DNA of 61,698 nt, counting the filler, from Basidiobolus ranarum (lineage: Eukaryota): the NCBI GenBank assembly GCA_040143965.1. It is 21 parts of 21 records of this genome, joined end to end, with 100 filler letters (N's around TTAATTAATTAA, not from the genome) between each part and the next. Parts side by side here need not be neighbours in the genome. Positions count along the whole stretch, not along the records: positions 20,669 to 23,515 come from JASJQH010002926.1; positions 23,616 to 26,461 come from JASJQH010002927.1; positions 26,562 to 29,406 come from JASJQH010002928.1; positions 29,507 to 32,348 come from JASJQH010002929.1; positions 32,449 to 35,288 come from JASJQH010002930.1; 16 more parts are not named here. One strand, 5' to 3'. The notes below the pieces were generated by a model, which was not told where the DNA came from, did not search any database, and saw only the letters and a list, made by a program, of their open reading frames with translations. Both the position numbers and the translations under genes were made by a program. Positions 22,674 to 34,220 of this stretch are shown in pieces (within the stretch, counting starts at the first letter, position 1; the number at the start of each line of letters is the position of its first letter).

Positions 22674-23515
22674 ATGTCTACTTCTCAAATCTATAGAACT
22701 TTTCCCTCATCCAAAAAATTGGATGGAACCAATTATCAAGTTTGGAAGATTAAAATGAAAATGCTGCAGCAAGAAAAAGGACTTTGGGACATGGCTGTAG
22801 GAGAAGAAAACAATGCAAAACTCTTTGAAACCAAAGTTTTACTCGAGGTTAAAAATGAACAATATGCCTTTAACACAATTTGTCTTGATGTTAAAGACAA
22901 ATTACTAATTCAATGTTCAAAAGCTAAAACTCCCAAGAAGGTATGGAAAGCATTGGAAGACACCTACCAAACAAGTTCTGCTGCCAACAAGATGGTTCTA
23001 AGAAGACAAGTCTTTAACTTACAGATGAAGCCAGGAGAAGAAATTAAATCACTAATTAATTGAGTCACCATTTTAGTGGATCAAATGGAATGCATTTAAG
23101 TACCTACTACTGATCAAGATATCATATTTACAGTCCTGAACAGCCTGCCACAGAAGCTTCAGAGCCTAGTAATAGCTCTAAAATCAAAAACTGAAAATTT
23201 GACCTTAAATTATAAATTTAGCAGACATCTGGATGAAAATGTACAAAAATCAGGATCCAACCAAAAGAATGAAGAAAATGCTTTAATAGGCTATGGGAAA
23301 CCTTCCTATAAAGGTCCAAAGCACTTTTAGAAGAAAAGTAACAAATTCTGTGATTACTCTAAAAGAACTGGCCATTTAAGCAAAGATTCCTTTAAAAGAA
23401 TTGCAAAGAAGAAAAACATACTGAATCTGGAAATGTGGTTACAACAGAAGATCACTTGTTCATTTCTGCTCTTTCTATGACTACCAACAAGGATTCTCAG
23501 ACATGGTATATTGAT
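22674..23515 (+). mobile_element. Ty1/copia gag, degenerate, up to the protease WYID motif
   Basis: KLDGTNYQVWKIKMKM; decayed CCHC knuckle; near-identical to 29507-29791(-) and 53004-53182. Confidence 0.92.
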
Positions 23516-23615
23516 NNNNNNNNNNNNNNNNNNNNNNNNNNNNNNNNNNNNNNNNNNNNTTAATTAATTAANNNNNNNNNNNNNNNNNNNNNNNNNNNNN
23601 NNNNNNNNNNNNNNN

Positions 23616-23995
23616 GTTAAAGTAGTCATAGACCAACCCCCACATACCAGTTGAGCAATACCTTTGCCATTCAGCTCCTCCACAATTTTCGGCTTATTAT
23701 TGGAAGTATACCCTCTAATTTCGCGTCCTAAGCGGCCATGACTACTTTCACCCCAAGTGTAAACGGAGGGTTTAGTTAAAGCTTTGTATAATTTTTTCCA
23801 ACCGTCCAGACGAGAGGTTTGGGTCAAAGAAAGATTGAACTCGTTGTAGCAACGTTGTTTCCATAGAATTTCACTCTCCACAAGGTGGTGCAAATCTCTA
23901 CACACTGAACTTAGTTGAGTAAGTTCCGTAGCAGGAAGATACTCCAAGATCTCATCAAGCACTTCTTGAGGTAAATTTGTTAAAGAGAGTGACAT
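23616..23995 (-). CDS. F-box protein with RCC1-like repeats (Saf1-like), 5' part
   Basis: LTNLPQEVLDEILEYL..LSSVCR F-box followed by VYTWGESSHGRLG and IAQLVCGGWS; truncated at the contig end. Confidence 0.85.
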
Positions 23996-24508
23996 AGCCC
24001 ATACCTTACATGACTATTCATGGTTAAATATTGAATTTATAGTATGGTGAACAAAGCTATTGATCTGTGAGCGAGCGAATGTGCATAAAAGAATTGGTAT
24101 TTTGAATTTCGTTTATATTAATATTCATATAGATATATAAACAGATTTATAAAGTAAGCTATAAAATTAATTAAATGACTGTGTGTTGGAACTATTCTGA
24201 TTTTCTGTCATCCATTGGACTTGTAATTCTTGCCAATCGGGAATAGAAATGATATCTAACGCGCAACATATGAAATTTTATATGATATACATCCGAACTA
24301 CTCAAAGAGATATCTTGCAAAATGGACAAACGCTCTTCTTGCGACAAGCCAAACCAATATTTAAGGGTATATTTAGACATAATAACAAGCGATGACAAAA
24401 TAACAAATGATGAGAAATGGGGCAGGGAAATCATTTCTTGGAACACACATGCGAGATATTATTCAAAAAGTTATGGTATGTCTCACTGGAAGAATGCTCA
24501 CTAAAGTA

Positions 24509-24949
24509 CTAACCATTATTAGTTAGAGCTAAGCCGTGGACTATTCTCGAGGTTATAAATTTTACTTTATTTCTTTTTGAACCCTCAATTCGAACTGGAG
24601 CCGCGTAAACAATATTTGGTTCACTCGGCTTTCTACTGAAAGCAGCTCGTAAGTCATCTAGTCCGTCTTGGCTGTAGATATCAAAATTCCTTTTAAAAGA
24701 GGCCTCAGTATCCATGGTTCCCCAATTCCACACCTCTCCTTGTTCAATTAAAGTAGTCATTGACCAACCCTCACACACAACCTGGGAAGTACCTTTACCA
24801 TTCATCTCCACAACAATCCATTGTTTAGTATTGGAGGTACACCCTCTAATTTTACGTCCTAAACGTCCATAGCATACCCTGACCCCAAGTGTGGACGGAG
24901 GGTTTAATATTGAATTTACTGTGGTAAATAAAACCTTTGATCTGGACAT
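24509..24949 (-). pseudogene. Degenerate tandem partial duplicate of the F-box/RCC1 gene (RCC1 part only)
   Basis: YGRLGRKIRGCTSNTK..NGKGTSQVVCEGWSMTTL parallels 23616-23770; no F-box. Confidence 0.7.
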
Positions 24950-25150
24950 AAAATGCCATGAATGAGCGAACTAAAAAAGTATTTGATTTATATTAATATT
25001 TCCATCATGGAGATCACTACATTACAACTGAGATTTCTATTGGTTACGTCAACATGTCCATACAGAAGTACTTTCCAAGTCCTCAGTACGACAAGCATAG
25101 TGGTAACCAACGATCTTTCACTCTAAAGACCACAAACAAACACTTCGAAC

Positions 25151-26066
25151 ATGGGGGTATGTTTTTATTTTACTTTTAGAAAGTGGAATGTTATTTATTC
25201 AGTAAAAACAAAATTGGAATTTCAGATTAATTACATGTTGTTGGTTAGTCGTCAAGGCAAAGTTCGTTTAACCAAATGGTTCGTTACCCTTTCTCAAAAA
25301 GAAAAAGCCAAGATTGTCAAAGATGTGTCACAGATGGTGCTTGCCCGCAGAGCTAAAATGTGTAATTTCCTAGAATACAAAGGTGATTTCTGTTGGCCTT
25401 TAACTAGAGAGTAATATTCATTAGTATTTATTTTTAATCCATTTTGATACTTTGATAATAGATACGAAAGTTGTATACAGAAGGTAATGGTTATCTGTTC
25501 CCGGAGATTTACTCCACATCAAAGCATTCACCAAGTACTAACGAAGATACTTCTATTCACCAATATATTGAATTTTATGTTGACTTCAAATAGATATGCT
25601 AGTTTGTTCTTTATTGCTGGAATAGATCAAGACGACAATGAACTTATCACACTTGAGATCATCCATCGTTACGTAGAAATTCTCGACAAATATTTTGGCA
25701 ATGTGAGTTTTTTTCCATATCCTCAGATATTCTTACCCTTCACTTACACATCAATTGTAATGTATTTTCTTTAGGTGTGCGAATTAGACTTGATTTTCAA
25801 CTTCAACAAAGTATGTCATTGCTATATAATTCACTTTATAGTAGCGAACACTTACACCTCTTTCCAAATAGGCTTACTTTATCCTCGATGAGTTACTTAT
25901 TGTTGGAGAACTACAAGAATCTAGTAAGAAATCGGTTTTGCGAATTATCGGTCAACAAGATTCCATTGAGGATGCCGAGAATGAGAAACTTGAGAAGAAA
26001 TGGAGTGATCTCAAGTACGTATCGAAGGAGTTAATTTATAGATATATATACAAACATACTCCGTAA
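25151..26066 (+). CDS. APS1: AP-1 adaptor complex sigma subunit; exons 25151-25156, 25226-25382, 25462-25483, 25594-25702, 25775-25810, 25872-26066 (last boundary uncertain)
   Basis: [60 protein letters not shown] introns. Confidence 0.93.
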
Positions 26067-26561
26067 CTAATATTGATTCAAATTTTAGAAACGAATTCAT
26101 CGAAAGTTTTACTTCTTAATTCCATTGACTTCCTAAATTTACTCCCGAAAAGTAATCTTTTATAAAAATCAATTAGTAAATGATATCATTTTATATACAA
26201 CGGATAGTGCTACTGTACTGGTGGTGTTAGCAACTCCACCCCCCCCGAAATGTGCGAATGATTGCACAGCTGAGTTGACTGACGTGAATACAGATACAGA
26301 TGCAGATATATACAAGCAATTTATTTTTCTTTTTAGAAACTTGATTGTCAAATTTAGGAGATACTAGGAATATAGCATACAAGTATAAGGGTGTGAGGGG
26401 GAGGTAAAGAGAGAGAGCGAGAGAGAGAGTGTTAAACAGTCAAATGGTCTAACTTCCTGATNNNNNNNNNNNNNNNNNNNNNNNNNNNNNNNNNNNNNNN
26501 NNNNNTTAATTAATTAANNNNNNNNNNNNNNNNNNNNNNNNNNNNNNNNNNNNNNNNNNNN

Positions 26562-26830
26562 CTAGCACTTTCCACTACAGAATCAGAGTGTACAGCTGCC
26601 TTTGCTACTACACAAGAATCTATGTGGTTAAGGAAGTTATTTACTTACCTGGGATAAATGCAAAAGTAAGTTACTACTATATTCAAAGACACTCAACTTG
26701 CATGTCATTGGCTAAAACCCTGCATTTTATGCTGGAAAAAGCATATGGATACTGGGTACTATTTGGTCAGAGAAGCAATAAAGAATTATAAGATTGAACT
26801 TCATATTCTGATTACTCAGAACTTATTTCT
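26562..26830 (+). mobile_element. Copia RNase H fragment, highly degenerate
   Basis: ALSTTESE and LAKTLHF-like motifs. Confidence 0.6.
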
Positions 26831-26971
26831 GCCATTTTAACATGTTTGTTCATTGTTCTAATTGATAGAAAAAGCATTAGATCACTTCTACTATCTTTCA
26901 CTTTTTCACCAAACCTCTCCAAATTACCACAAACTTTTACCCATACTTTACAGGCATGTATGTCATGATTT

Positions 26972-27324
26972 TGATAAAAGTGCTTTGGGAATTGGGAAGT
27001 GTTTTGGACAAGATTTGGAATTTGTTTATCGGACACTCAACTTTTATTGAACTGGATATATCCTATTTATAGCTTATTATGAGATAGGACTATTGAATGT
27101 GCTTAGATCATAATAAACATGCCTGTTAACCATGGGTGAAAATTTGAGATGATTTGGAGAAGTTTGGAGAAAATAGTGAAAATTGGTAAAAGTGATCTAA
27201 TTGTTATATCTGTCAATTAGAGCAGTAAAAACTTGTTTTTGAATGGCAAAATTGAGTGCTCAATAACCAGAATATGAATAAACTAGCTACTAAATAATGA
27301 GTTGCTATTTATGTAATTTCAACA
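26972..27324 (-). mobile_element. LTR family C
   Basis: TGTTGAAATT...TTTTATCA on the minus strand. Related to 27640-27954(-), 26840-26970(+) and 20669-20706(+). Confidence 0.75.
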
Positions 27325-27600
27325 ACAGTAGTTGCTTTGGAAGTTGAGGGTCTTGAGGGTGTTTCTGATGAATTTTGCTCCACTATTGATTTACTATGCA
27401 AGTGGGGGATTATAATCTCTGCACTTGCACTATTGCTGGAAAGAACACATCTGGTAAATTGATTGATGCTTTATCATTACTTGAGTTAGTTTTCAGCTTG
27501 TTAATGCCTTCCAAAGTAGATAGTAGATCACTAGACTGCTCATTAATTAAATCCTCTGCTTTTGCCAGTTGTTTTCTTTTGAGCTGGCAGACTTTTGCTT
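27325..27600 (-). mobile_element. Second copy of the ORF at 883-1479, fragment
   Basis: Reverse complement aligns with about 915-1190. Confidence 0.7.
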
Positions 27601-27639
27601 ACCACAAATATCTGGTAAATTCCCTGATGTCTTATATGT

Positions 27640-27954
27640 GGTACATGATTTAAATTTGTGATTTTGACACTTAAGTGTTTTAACATGTTATGTGCTATCT
27701 ATAGTTTACTATGAAATAAGAGTATTGACATGCTTGGATGATACAAACATTCCTGTTAAGCATGGGTGAAGTTTTGGGGTGATTTGTAGGAGTTTTGAGA
27801 AAGTAGTGAAAATTAGTTGAAGTGATCTAATTGATTTTTTGATAAATCAAAGCAATAAACACTTGTTCTTGAATGGCAAAATTGAGTGCTAAGTAATCGG
27901 AACATGAATAAACTAACTACTAAGTAATGAGTCGCTATTTATCTAATTTCAACA
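27640..27954 (-). mobile_element. 3' LTR, family C
   Basis: Preceded on the minus strand by PPT-like TTGAGTGGGAT and RNase H; the far boundary is approximate. Confidence 0.75.
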
Positions 27955-27984
27955 ATCCCACTCAACCAATTATTTAGTATTTCT

Positions 27985-29280
27985 CTCAATCTTAACTTGT
28001 GTCTTAATAGTTCAAACTGTGCTTTTGCTACAGATTTGGTGAAGATGTCAGCAATCATTTCTTCAGTAGGGCAATAGACAGGTTCATTTATATCATTCTC
28101 TATTGCTTCTCAAACAGAGTGATTCCAATCACTATATGTATTGTTGTAGCATGAAATATAGGGTTTTTAGCTATGGAAATAAAGCTTTGATTACCTTCAA
28201 ATAGAGTAATAGTATATTGTTGAATGTATCCTAAGTCTGTAAATAACTTGCTTCACCATATAGCTTCTTGTGTAGTAGCAGAGGCTGCTGTATACTCTTA
28301 TTCAGTCATGGAAAGTGCTATGGTTGGTTGCTTCTTACTATTGCAAGTTATGGCCCCATTGCAATAGAGAAAAATGTACCAAGATGTTGATCTTCCTTCA
28401 TCCAGGTTTCTTCCCCAGTCAGCATCACTGTACACTTCAGAGTTTTGTGCATCAGGAGTAGCAGAGTAGTTCAGAACTAGATCTACAGTTCCTCTCAGAT
28501 AACTGAATATTTGTTTTATTGCAATTTTGTGCTTAGATCCTGGATTTTTGAGATATTGGCCAACAGTTCCCACCATCACAGCAATATCTGGATATGTTTC
28601 AAGCTTTATGTACATTAAACTACCTACCATGGATTGATAAGGGTACTCCTGGCTTTGATTTGTGTCATTTTGGGCCAAATTGGATGAAGTTTTGATTAAT
28701 TTCACATAAGGTTCTATTGGTGTCGATACAGGCTTGCTTCTCAAGTCATCTGATATAGCTTTTTTCTGGCTGTTTTGATATAAAATCTGTTATCTGCTCA
28801 GCATCATTGGAATTCCAGTGATTCCAAATAGGTCTGTATCTTATTATACCACGCTATGGGTGCTTGCTTGAGTCTGTATAGCAATTTTTGCAGCTTACAG
28901 ACCATGTTAGTGTTTGGGTCAACAAAACCATCTAGTTGGTCCTTATAGGTATCTTCTGTTGAAATAGCTACCCTAAACCCTTTTAGCATCTTCTTCCAGT
29001 CTCTCATTCAGAAAGGCAATTTTTACACCCATCTGAAATCAACTCCTGGAGTCTGGAAATAACCTTTCACAATTAATCTTGCTTTGTACCTTTCTATTAC
29101 TCTATCAGCTTGGTTTTTGACTTTGAAGACCCATTTGCAGCCAATTGGCTTTTTTCGTGATGGTTGAGGACTCAAAGATCCATGTTACATTGTCCTGAAG
29201 TGAAGAAAACTTGATTAACATTGCTTTTTCCCATAATTTCAGTTCTGGACCCTCCAAAGCTTGATCTGGAGTCTGTGGCT
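27985..29280 (-). mobile_element. Ty1/copia RT-RNase H, degenerate (family C)
   Basis: LYRLKQAP..WY, YQSMVGSLMY, YSDADWG and SKKQPTIALS motifs. Confidence 0.9.
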
Positions 29281-29506
29281 TAAGATAGCTCATTTTACTC
29301 CCACAGATGTTCTGAACACAACCCCAGTGTTAGTTTTCCGTATTTCCATCAAAATGTATAAATGCTTTATTTCTGGACAATAAATAATTATCTCATGAAG
29401 CTATTCNNNNNNNNNNNNNNNNNNNNNNNNNNNNNNNNNNNNNNNNNNNNTTAATTAATTAANNNNNNNNNNNNNNNNNNNNNNNNNNNNNNNNNNNNNN
29501 NNNNNN

Positions 29507-29822
29507 TTCCAAGGCTTTCCATACCTTCTTGGCAGTTTTAGCTCTTGAACATTGAATTAGCAATTTGTCTTTAACATTAAGACAAATTGTGTTAAAGGCA
29601 CTTTGTTCTTTTTTAACCTGGAGTAAAACTTTGGTTTCAGATAGTTTTGCATTGTTTTCTTCTCCTACAACAGTGTCCCAAAGTCCTTTTTCTTGCAGCA
29701 GCATTTTCATTTTAATTTTCCAAACTTGATAATTGGTTCCATCCAATTTTTCAGAAGAGGGAAAAGTTCCATAAATTTGAGAAGTAGACATTACAGAGAG
29801 TGCAAGCTTGGGGCTCATAACC
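29507..29822 (-). mobile_element. Copia PBS (29810-29822, GGTTATGAGCCCC), leader and gag start (ATG at 29791)
   Basis: Same gag and leader as 22643 onward, but attached to LTR family B. Confidence 0.92.
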
Positions 29823-30172
29823 TGTAAAAATATTTGGGATCCTGTTGAAAGTGGTTTAGAGAATTAGAGAAATTAGTGGTTTTCACTTTTTGATTTATTA
29901 AGTAGAAAGTTGACATTGATAGTTTTGTCAAGATGTGAACAAACTAACATGTAGAATGTGCTAAGAAAGATCCCAGGAAAATGGGTTCAAAGTTTGGGGC
30001 TTCTAGCACAAGTTTGAAAAATCTATATATCTGAGATTTTCTAAGTTGGTAAAAATATTCCAAGTAAATTCCAATTGAGAATAATGGATAATATCTTGGT
30101 GAATTATAAGACAACTAAGTAGTAAGCTATATATGACTATATATAGGTGCTTAGGCAAAGCTAATTTCAACA
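29823..30172 (-). mobile_element. 5' LTR, family B
   Basis: TGTTGAAATTAG...TTTTACA on the minus strand, abutting the PBS. Confidence 0.9.
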
Positions 30173-30304
30173 AAAAAGGCATGGCATAAACATCCACATG
30201 GCTATACTTAGCTTTGTAACTAGTTACTCCATTCTGTACTAAGATAACACCCATCATTCTGCGTTGGAATTTACTTATCATAACTTTACCAACTTAGAGG
30301 TTAT

Positions 30305-30625
30305 TATTGAAATTGGCATTGCCTAAACACCTATATAGTCATTTGAGCTTAGTACTTAGTTATCTTATATTGAGCTAAGATATTATCCATTATTCTCATA
30401 AGGAATTTACTTGGAAGTTCTTAGATATGCAGATTTTGATAACCTGTGCTAGAGGCCCCAAACTTTGCACACATGTTTCTGGGGCCTTCCTTAACACATT
30501 CTACACGTTAGTTTGTTTACGTCTTGACAAAACTATAAATGTCAACTTTCTACTCAATAAATTAATAAGTGAAAACCACCAATTTCTCTAATTCTCTAAA
30601 CCACTTCCAACAGGCTCCCAAAACA
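30305..30625 (+). mobile_element. Family B LTR
   Basis: Homologous to 19601-19947, with a small internal deletion. Confidence 0.85.
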
Positions 30626-30725
30626 ATAGCGACGTAAAGAATAACTCCAATGACTATTTCAATTCAGTCACATTGTTTATTTTAAGTTGCACCTAGTATT
30701 TTCAATCAAATAAGTGACAGAATAA

Positions 30726-31287
30726 TCATTTGCTAATAACATCACTCATCCTGGCTTTACTCTTTCCATTGGTACCCTGTTTTCTTGTGACGGGTTGGAG
30801 TGGAGATGAAGCAGAGGGTTTGGGGTTAGGGGAGATAGCGTGAGGTAAATCAGCCTTACTACCACCACTAAGGACGACACTGAAGAATGGAGAATATGAA
30901 GGATCAGGGTTACCAGAGGCTCTGATGGCGTATTTTCCTGGTGGAAGATTGGTGGGGATTGCCCACTCATATTTTCCGGCCGACGAAGGAATGTTGGTTC
31001 CTATCACTTCTACAACTTGTAACAAGGCTGGTGACCCATTCATCAACGTTAGAGTGATGGCAGTAGGCATGGGTACGTTATTTTTGTTGTCGATCCTAAG
31101 GTGAGGAGAGTATTTTGTTAATGTTAAAAGGTAACAATAAATCTATCGATTTTTACCATTTTATTGCCTGTGTAGTTCCCACATCCCATGTATCTAGCAT
31201 AGGCGCGGTAAATGCCAAAGCAGCTTCAACCAATATCTGCTTACCGAGAAAGACCGAAAATACAGCGGCAGTTGTAATACCAAACAT
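30726..31287 (-). CDS. Secreted protein with a Kre9/Knh1-like N-terminal domain (Ser/Thr-rich GPI-anchored family); exons 31287-31157 and 31095-30726
   Basis: Signal-like N-terminus, FTAP..W.VG..Q.IKW, ITLTLMNG, GKYEWAIPTNLPPGKYAI, YSPFFSV; GT-AG intron in frame. Confidence 0.8.
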
Positions 31288-31756
31288 GATGATTTAGGAA
31301 GTGGTAGTAGTGCTGAAGATAGCTGCTCTACTTAAAATTCCTTGGCACTTTAAATAGAAACCAAACGCGTGGCTGACATGTAGAGCAATTTTTTGGTTTG
31401 TCTCGACACTGATGAGTTACAATAACAATAGCTTTAGGAGATCAATATTGGAGTCTGAATGCATCCATACATCGATATAGCAAGGCTTATTTCATGGATA
31501 CGCCCATATATCAATATAATAAAGCTTAATGGTAAAGCTACGATGATTACTTCTACCATACAGTGTTTATTAGCCAGGGGAGGGAATGGAAGGAATGCTA
31601 TAACACTTAGCGGGATCTCACCATTGTAATAGGATTGTAGAGATGATTCGTTAAACAGCGATCTCCACTTTTTACCATTCACAGTAGATTTGTTAGTTAG
31701 GAAAGAAGAGTCACATGTATAATGGAATAATTAGCTTACTGGAATCTCTTGTGTTG

Positions 31757-31858
31757 TCAAGCATTGTTGTATACAAAATCTCCGTGGTGCCAAACTTCGT
31801 CATAATTATCGAAGTAAGCACTCTTGTATGTACTACCATCTTCATCATTCCAAAAATC
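31757..31858 (-). pseudogene. Isolated fragment of an acetoacetyl-CoA synthetase-like gene
   Basis: Translates DFWNDEDGSTYKSAYFDNYDEVWHHGDF, typical of acetoacetate-CoA ligases, followed by a stop. Confidence 0.7.
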
Positions 31859-33508
31859 AAGGTTTTTCTATTGAGATTAAGTGGCACAGCAAGTCTTAAT
31901 CAAGGATGTAACAATGTTACCATATTTGGGATTCTAACTAATTTGATGTCTAATTTTAGTCAGTTACTCATCAGGCATAATGATATAATATTAATAATAA
32001 ATATAATACTACTACTTGGTCTATGTTTTGTATAAACTTCAATGATCAAATGCATAGTATGATCAGTCTATGTTTTATATAATACAATAATAATACCAGG
32101 TCATCAAGTGTTCATCCGAGAGTTGGTGACTACTTACGTAACTTGATAAGTCTATAAGATAGTGATCTTGAGCTTTCACCCAAGTCTATTGTACATATTA
32201 TAGTAAAATAACCAGGCTATCATTAAACAACCAGGCTATCAATTTAATAGCATTTTGATTGCGGTTATTTTACTTGATTATAACTATTCAGTTAGGATAG
32301 TTACATAAATTTACGTCAAAATCCTTTAGCTACAAGTACGCTGAAAGANNNNNNNNNNNNNNNNNNNNNNNNNNNNNNNNNNNNNNNNNNNNTTAATTAA
32401 TTAANNNNNNNNNNNNNNNNNNNNNNNNNNNNNNNNNNNNNNNNNNNNATCCACTGACAGGATTCAATATTTTATTTATCGCCAAAGTGACCAATAGTGA
32501 GCAACTACAAATTCTGCTCTTACATTGGCCAAAGATCCCGTTTGCCCTGTACATTGGTATTTACTGGGGTAGGGGAAGGTCAAACATTGGGTAATGCAAG
32601 TCCCCTTCTTGAGGTAACCTTGGTCCAGGTTAGTTCTTTCCGAATGTGGCAAAGTGGCTCGGCTAAAGCTAATCGATGATCTGTGATCAAGATTTTCTTG
32701 CGATGAAACTGATGCCTGTCGATCTGAAACCTAGAGCCATATGGGTTATCCAATCCTGTTTAACCGATAGATGTTTTAGGATCAGCTTTTCCGCTTTCCA
32801 CTTTTCCGCCTTTTATCGAGGTAAGATAATAGAAATATTTAGAAATAGTTACAAGGGTCAGAAGGACTGACACTTATCTGTCTAGGTGCTATCTTTAATG
32901 CTCAAAGATTAGGTGCCATCTTTATTCATTTTATCCTCAGAGTTCTTCCCATTGCCAATTATGATTCGGTAAGCTAGTTAGGTAAGTTAGCTAGAAATCA
33001 AATTTAGTTCCTATTGTTGTTGAGTCTTTGGTGTAGGAGATAGGTTCGAAAATTAAAATATCCAAAGACCAATAAATATTATTCACGTTGCAAATAAGGA
33101 GCTTTGCATCGAATACCTACCGCTTATGCCAGGCTGCTCTTTTGGTAAAAGTGCAAAATATTAGCCATTTGATTGGTCAAAGATAGGCAGTTGATCATTT
33201 CGGTAATAGTACACTCTTCCTTACAATACCACTACTACTTATCTCGGGCTGCTCACTTGGTAAGAGCCCAGAGTCTTGGCTATTATGATTGGTCAAAATG
33301 GGCTATGGTCAGAGTCATTCCGGTAAGAGCACACTATTCCTCATGGGCTCATGGGCTAGTTATGGGTTTGTGGTAATCAACTTGCTCCTTGATATCTCAA
33401 TACGTCGGATCTAACTGCAAATACCTTTGTCAACAATCCTTTTGTTGAAAATGACATAGCTTAAGCATTTATATAGTCATACAATTAGCTTCCTAAATCT
33501 CACCTTGT

Positions 33509-34220
33509 TATTGCTCAATATTGTCATAAAGAAATAAATTGAAGTATTGCAACCAACTTGGAAGTTTCAACATTATACTGAAATAAATGGTGGCAATATA
33601 GCTGGCTCTTATCATACTGCAAAGGGCGATAATAGCAACGGAGATGGAAACACTGGTACTGGAAATGGAGGAGACAACGGCAATCGCAACAGCGGCAATG
33701 AAGCTGACATTTATGATACGGGAAAGGGTGGTGATACCAATGGAGATGGAAACGGTGGTGTGAAAAATGGAGGAGACAATGGTAATGGCAACGGTGGCAA
33801 TAGAGCTGGATCTTACGATATTGGAAAATATAGTGATGAAAATCGTCAAGATAACGGTGATACTGGCAATGGAGCGAGGCACTTATGATACTAGAAAGGG
33901 TGATAGTGGCAATAAAAATAGTAAAGGTGGAGCTAGGAACCGAGGAGACAATGGCAAGTAATGGAACCAGCACTTTTGATGCTGGAAAGGGTGGTAATGG
34001 AAATGGTGATGGTAAAAGTGGTTCTGGAAATGGTTGGGATAATGGCAATAGCATGGCGCATATGATGCTGAAAAGGATGGAAATGGTGCTGGCAATAGAG
34101 GAGAAAATTGCAATGGCTAGTTGAGACAGTTGCAACGGAGCTGGTGCCGATAATGCTGGAACAGGTGGTGATGGAAACAGTGGTTCAGGTAATGAAGGAG
34201 ATATGGGTTACGGGGGATGA
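33509..34220 (+). pseudogene. Gly/Asn/Asp-rich tandem-repeat protein, frameshifted
   Basis: About seven units of GNxAGxYDxGKGGxGNGDG...; unit starts at 33589, 33691 and 33793 (102-bp period), later units shorter and out of frame. Confidence 0.7.

Noticed and set aside
29507-29520. This contig's gag ends where the contig at 53004 begins, suggesting the two are adjacent
   Set aside because: The overlap is only about 3 nt in a multicopy repeat; adjacency cannot be inferred.
33508-34135. Hydrophobic or His/Cys-rich minus-strand ORFs
   Set aside because: Antisense frames of the Gly/Asn repeat.
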